A stretch of DNA of 64,000 nt. Origin: Oopsacas minuta (lineage: Eukaryota; Animalia; Porifera). The position numbers and the translations under genes were made by a program. Position 1 is the stretch's first letter. Each line of letters starts with the position of its first letter. The stretch lies in the NCBI GenBank assembly GCA_024704765.1, contig JAKMXF010000199.1:662448-726447 (forward strand). Direction: 5' to 3'. The notes beneath the pieces were generated by a model. The model saw only the letters and a list, made by a program, of their open reading frames with translations, was not told the DNA's origin and made no database searches. Below are positions 63,331-64,000 of the stretch, in pieces.

Positions 63331-64000
63331 GTATATCCGGTTAACTTGATAAAATCAGATAACTCGTACACATTTGTTGCATTTTATAATCACCATCAGT
63401 GCCTTACGAAATTGTTTCTTAATATTCGTTCCCGTTCATCTCAAACCAAACGACAACATCTATTTCCTTTCTCACGATGGTTATCATTAAGGAATTATCC
63501 AATTCTATCTATTCTTCTCCACTTACCAGGAGATATTGAATTGAACCTTGGTCCTACCGGAAGAGAAGAGTTCAAGAAAATCCTTGGCGAGAAGAAACTG
63601 GCTGATTCAGCCATTATTAAATTCTCACCTGAAGAAATAGAGCAAAAAATCTGCATCCTGAAATCACAGAAACCTACAGAGAAAAATGCAAGACAAAAGT
63701 GGCAAAGGGTTCAGAATTGGTTTAAAGTTGTTTCATATCAAAGTGTTGAAACCCTATACCTTCGTGAAGCAAACAGACACAATGCAAAAAGAGTATTGGT
63801 GAGGAATGAAATCTACGATGTCCTAGAAGAATTTCACGTAAAAAATCACGAACATTCAGGAAGGACAATATTGTATAAGAGAGTTACTCAATATTACTTT
63901 AGAGTTACTGAAGAACTGTGTGGTATTTATGTCAAAATGTGTCCAACTTGCCATCTAAAAAGGGGAAAGAAATCCATAAAGTCTGTAGTTACCAAGCCAA
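63331..64000 (+). CDS. Open frame (runs off window): 2A-like peptide fused to a Ginger2/KRBA2-like integrase N-terminus with H2C2 zinc finger
   Basis: Frame +1 is open from 63331 to the end: ...RWLSLRNYPILSILLHLPGDIELNLGP-TGREEFKKIL...IYDVLEEFHVKNHEHSGRTILYKRVTQYYFRVTEELCGIYVKMCPTCHLKRG. There is no in-frame ATG before the 2A-like motif. The ORF track omits it because it has no stop codon. Confidence 0.75.

Noticed and set aside
1-64000. tRNA, rRNA or SINE genes
   Set aside because: No cloverleaf or paired A/B-box pattern and no rRNA-like segment were recognised by eye. A tRNAscan-SE/Infernal run would be needed to exclude them.

Overview
This is AT-rich eukaryotic (animal) genomic DNA, not prokaryotic. 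The ORF track uses alternative start codons, so most of its short ORFs are frameshifted transposase pieces or noise. Only two host genes are evident, both intronless and on the minus strand. One is a SHIP2/INPPL1-like inositol 5-phosphatase (SH2, PH-like, 5-phosphatase, C2, SAM; 21801-24746). The other is a TMX3-like membrane thioredoxin/PDI with a non-canonical CSRS active site (50025-51257). Roughly 60% of the window, by my rough sum of the elements listed, is decayed transposons. The families seen are mariner DD34D, Tc1 DD34E, maT DD37D, DD37E, pogo/Tigger, hAT (Buster, SPIN-like, MITEs), Chapaev3, Transib/RAG1-like, Merlin, P/THAP, MULE, PF20700 Mutator-like/Kolobok-type, Ginger2-like integrase, Helitron and Ty3/Gypsy, often nested. 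Four observations stand out. (1) A 2A-like ribosome-skipping motif (LLHLPGDIELNLGP) sits in frame exactly at the N-terminus of a Ginger2-type transposase at the right edge, which the ORF track misses. (2) A RAG1-like transposase pseudogene keeps an NBD-like segment and all three DDE codons, and ends in a perfect CACAGTG heptamer. (3) Two long hairpin-forming inverted repeats have perfectly identical cores but diverged edges. (4) Several nested insertions have precisely readable junctions. Intronless metazoan genes in this TE landscape suggest an intron-poor early-branching animal such as a glass sponge; this is inference only. All alignments were done by eye and no searches were run.
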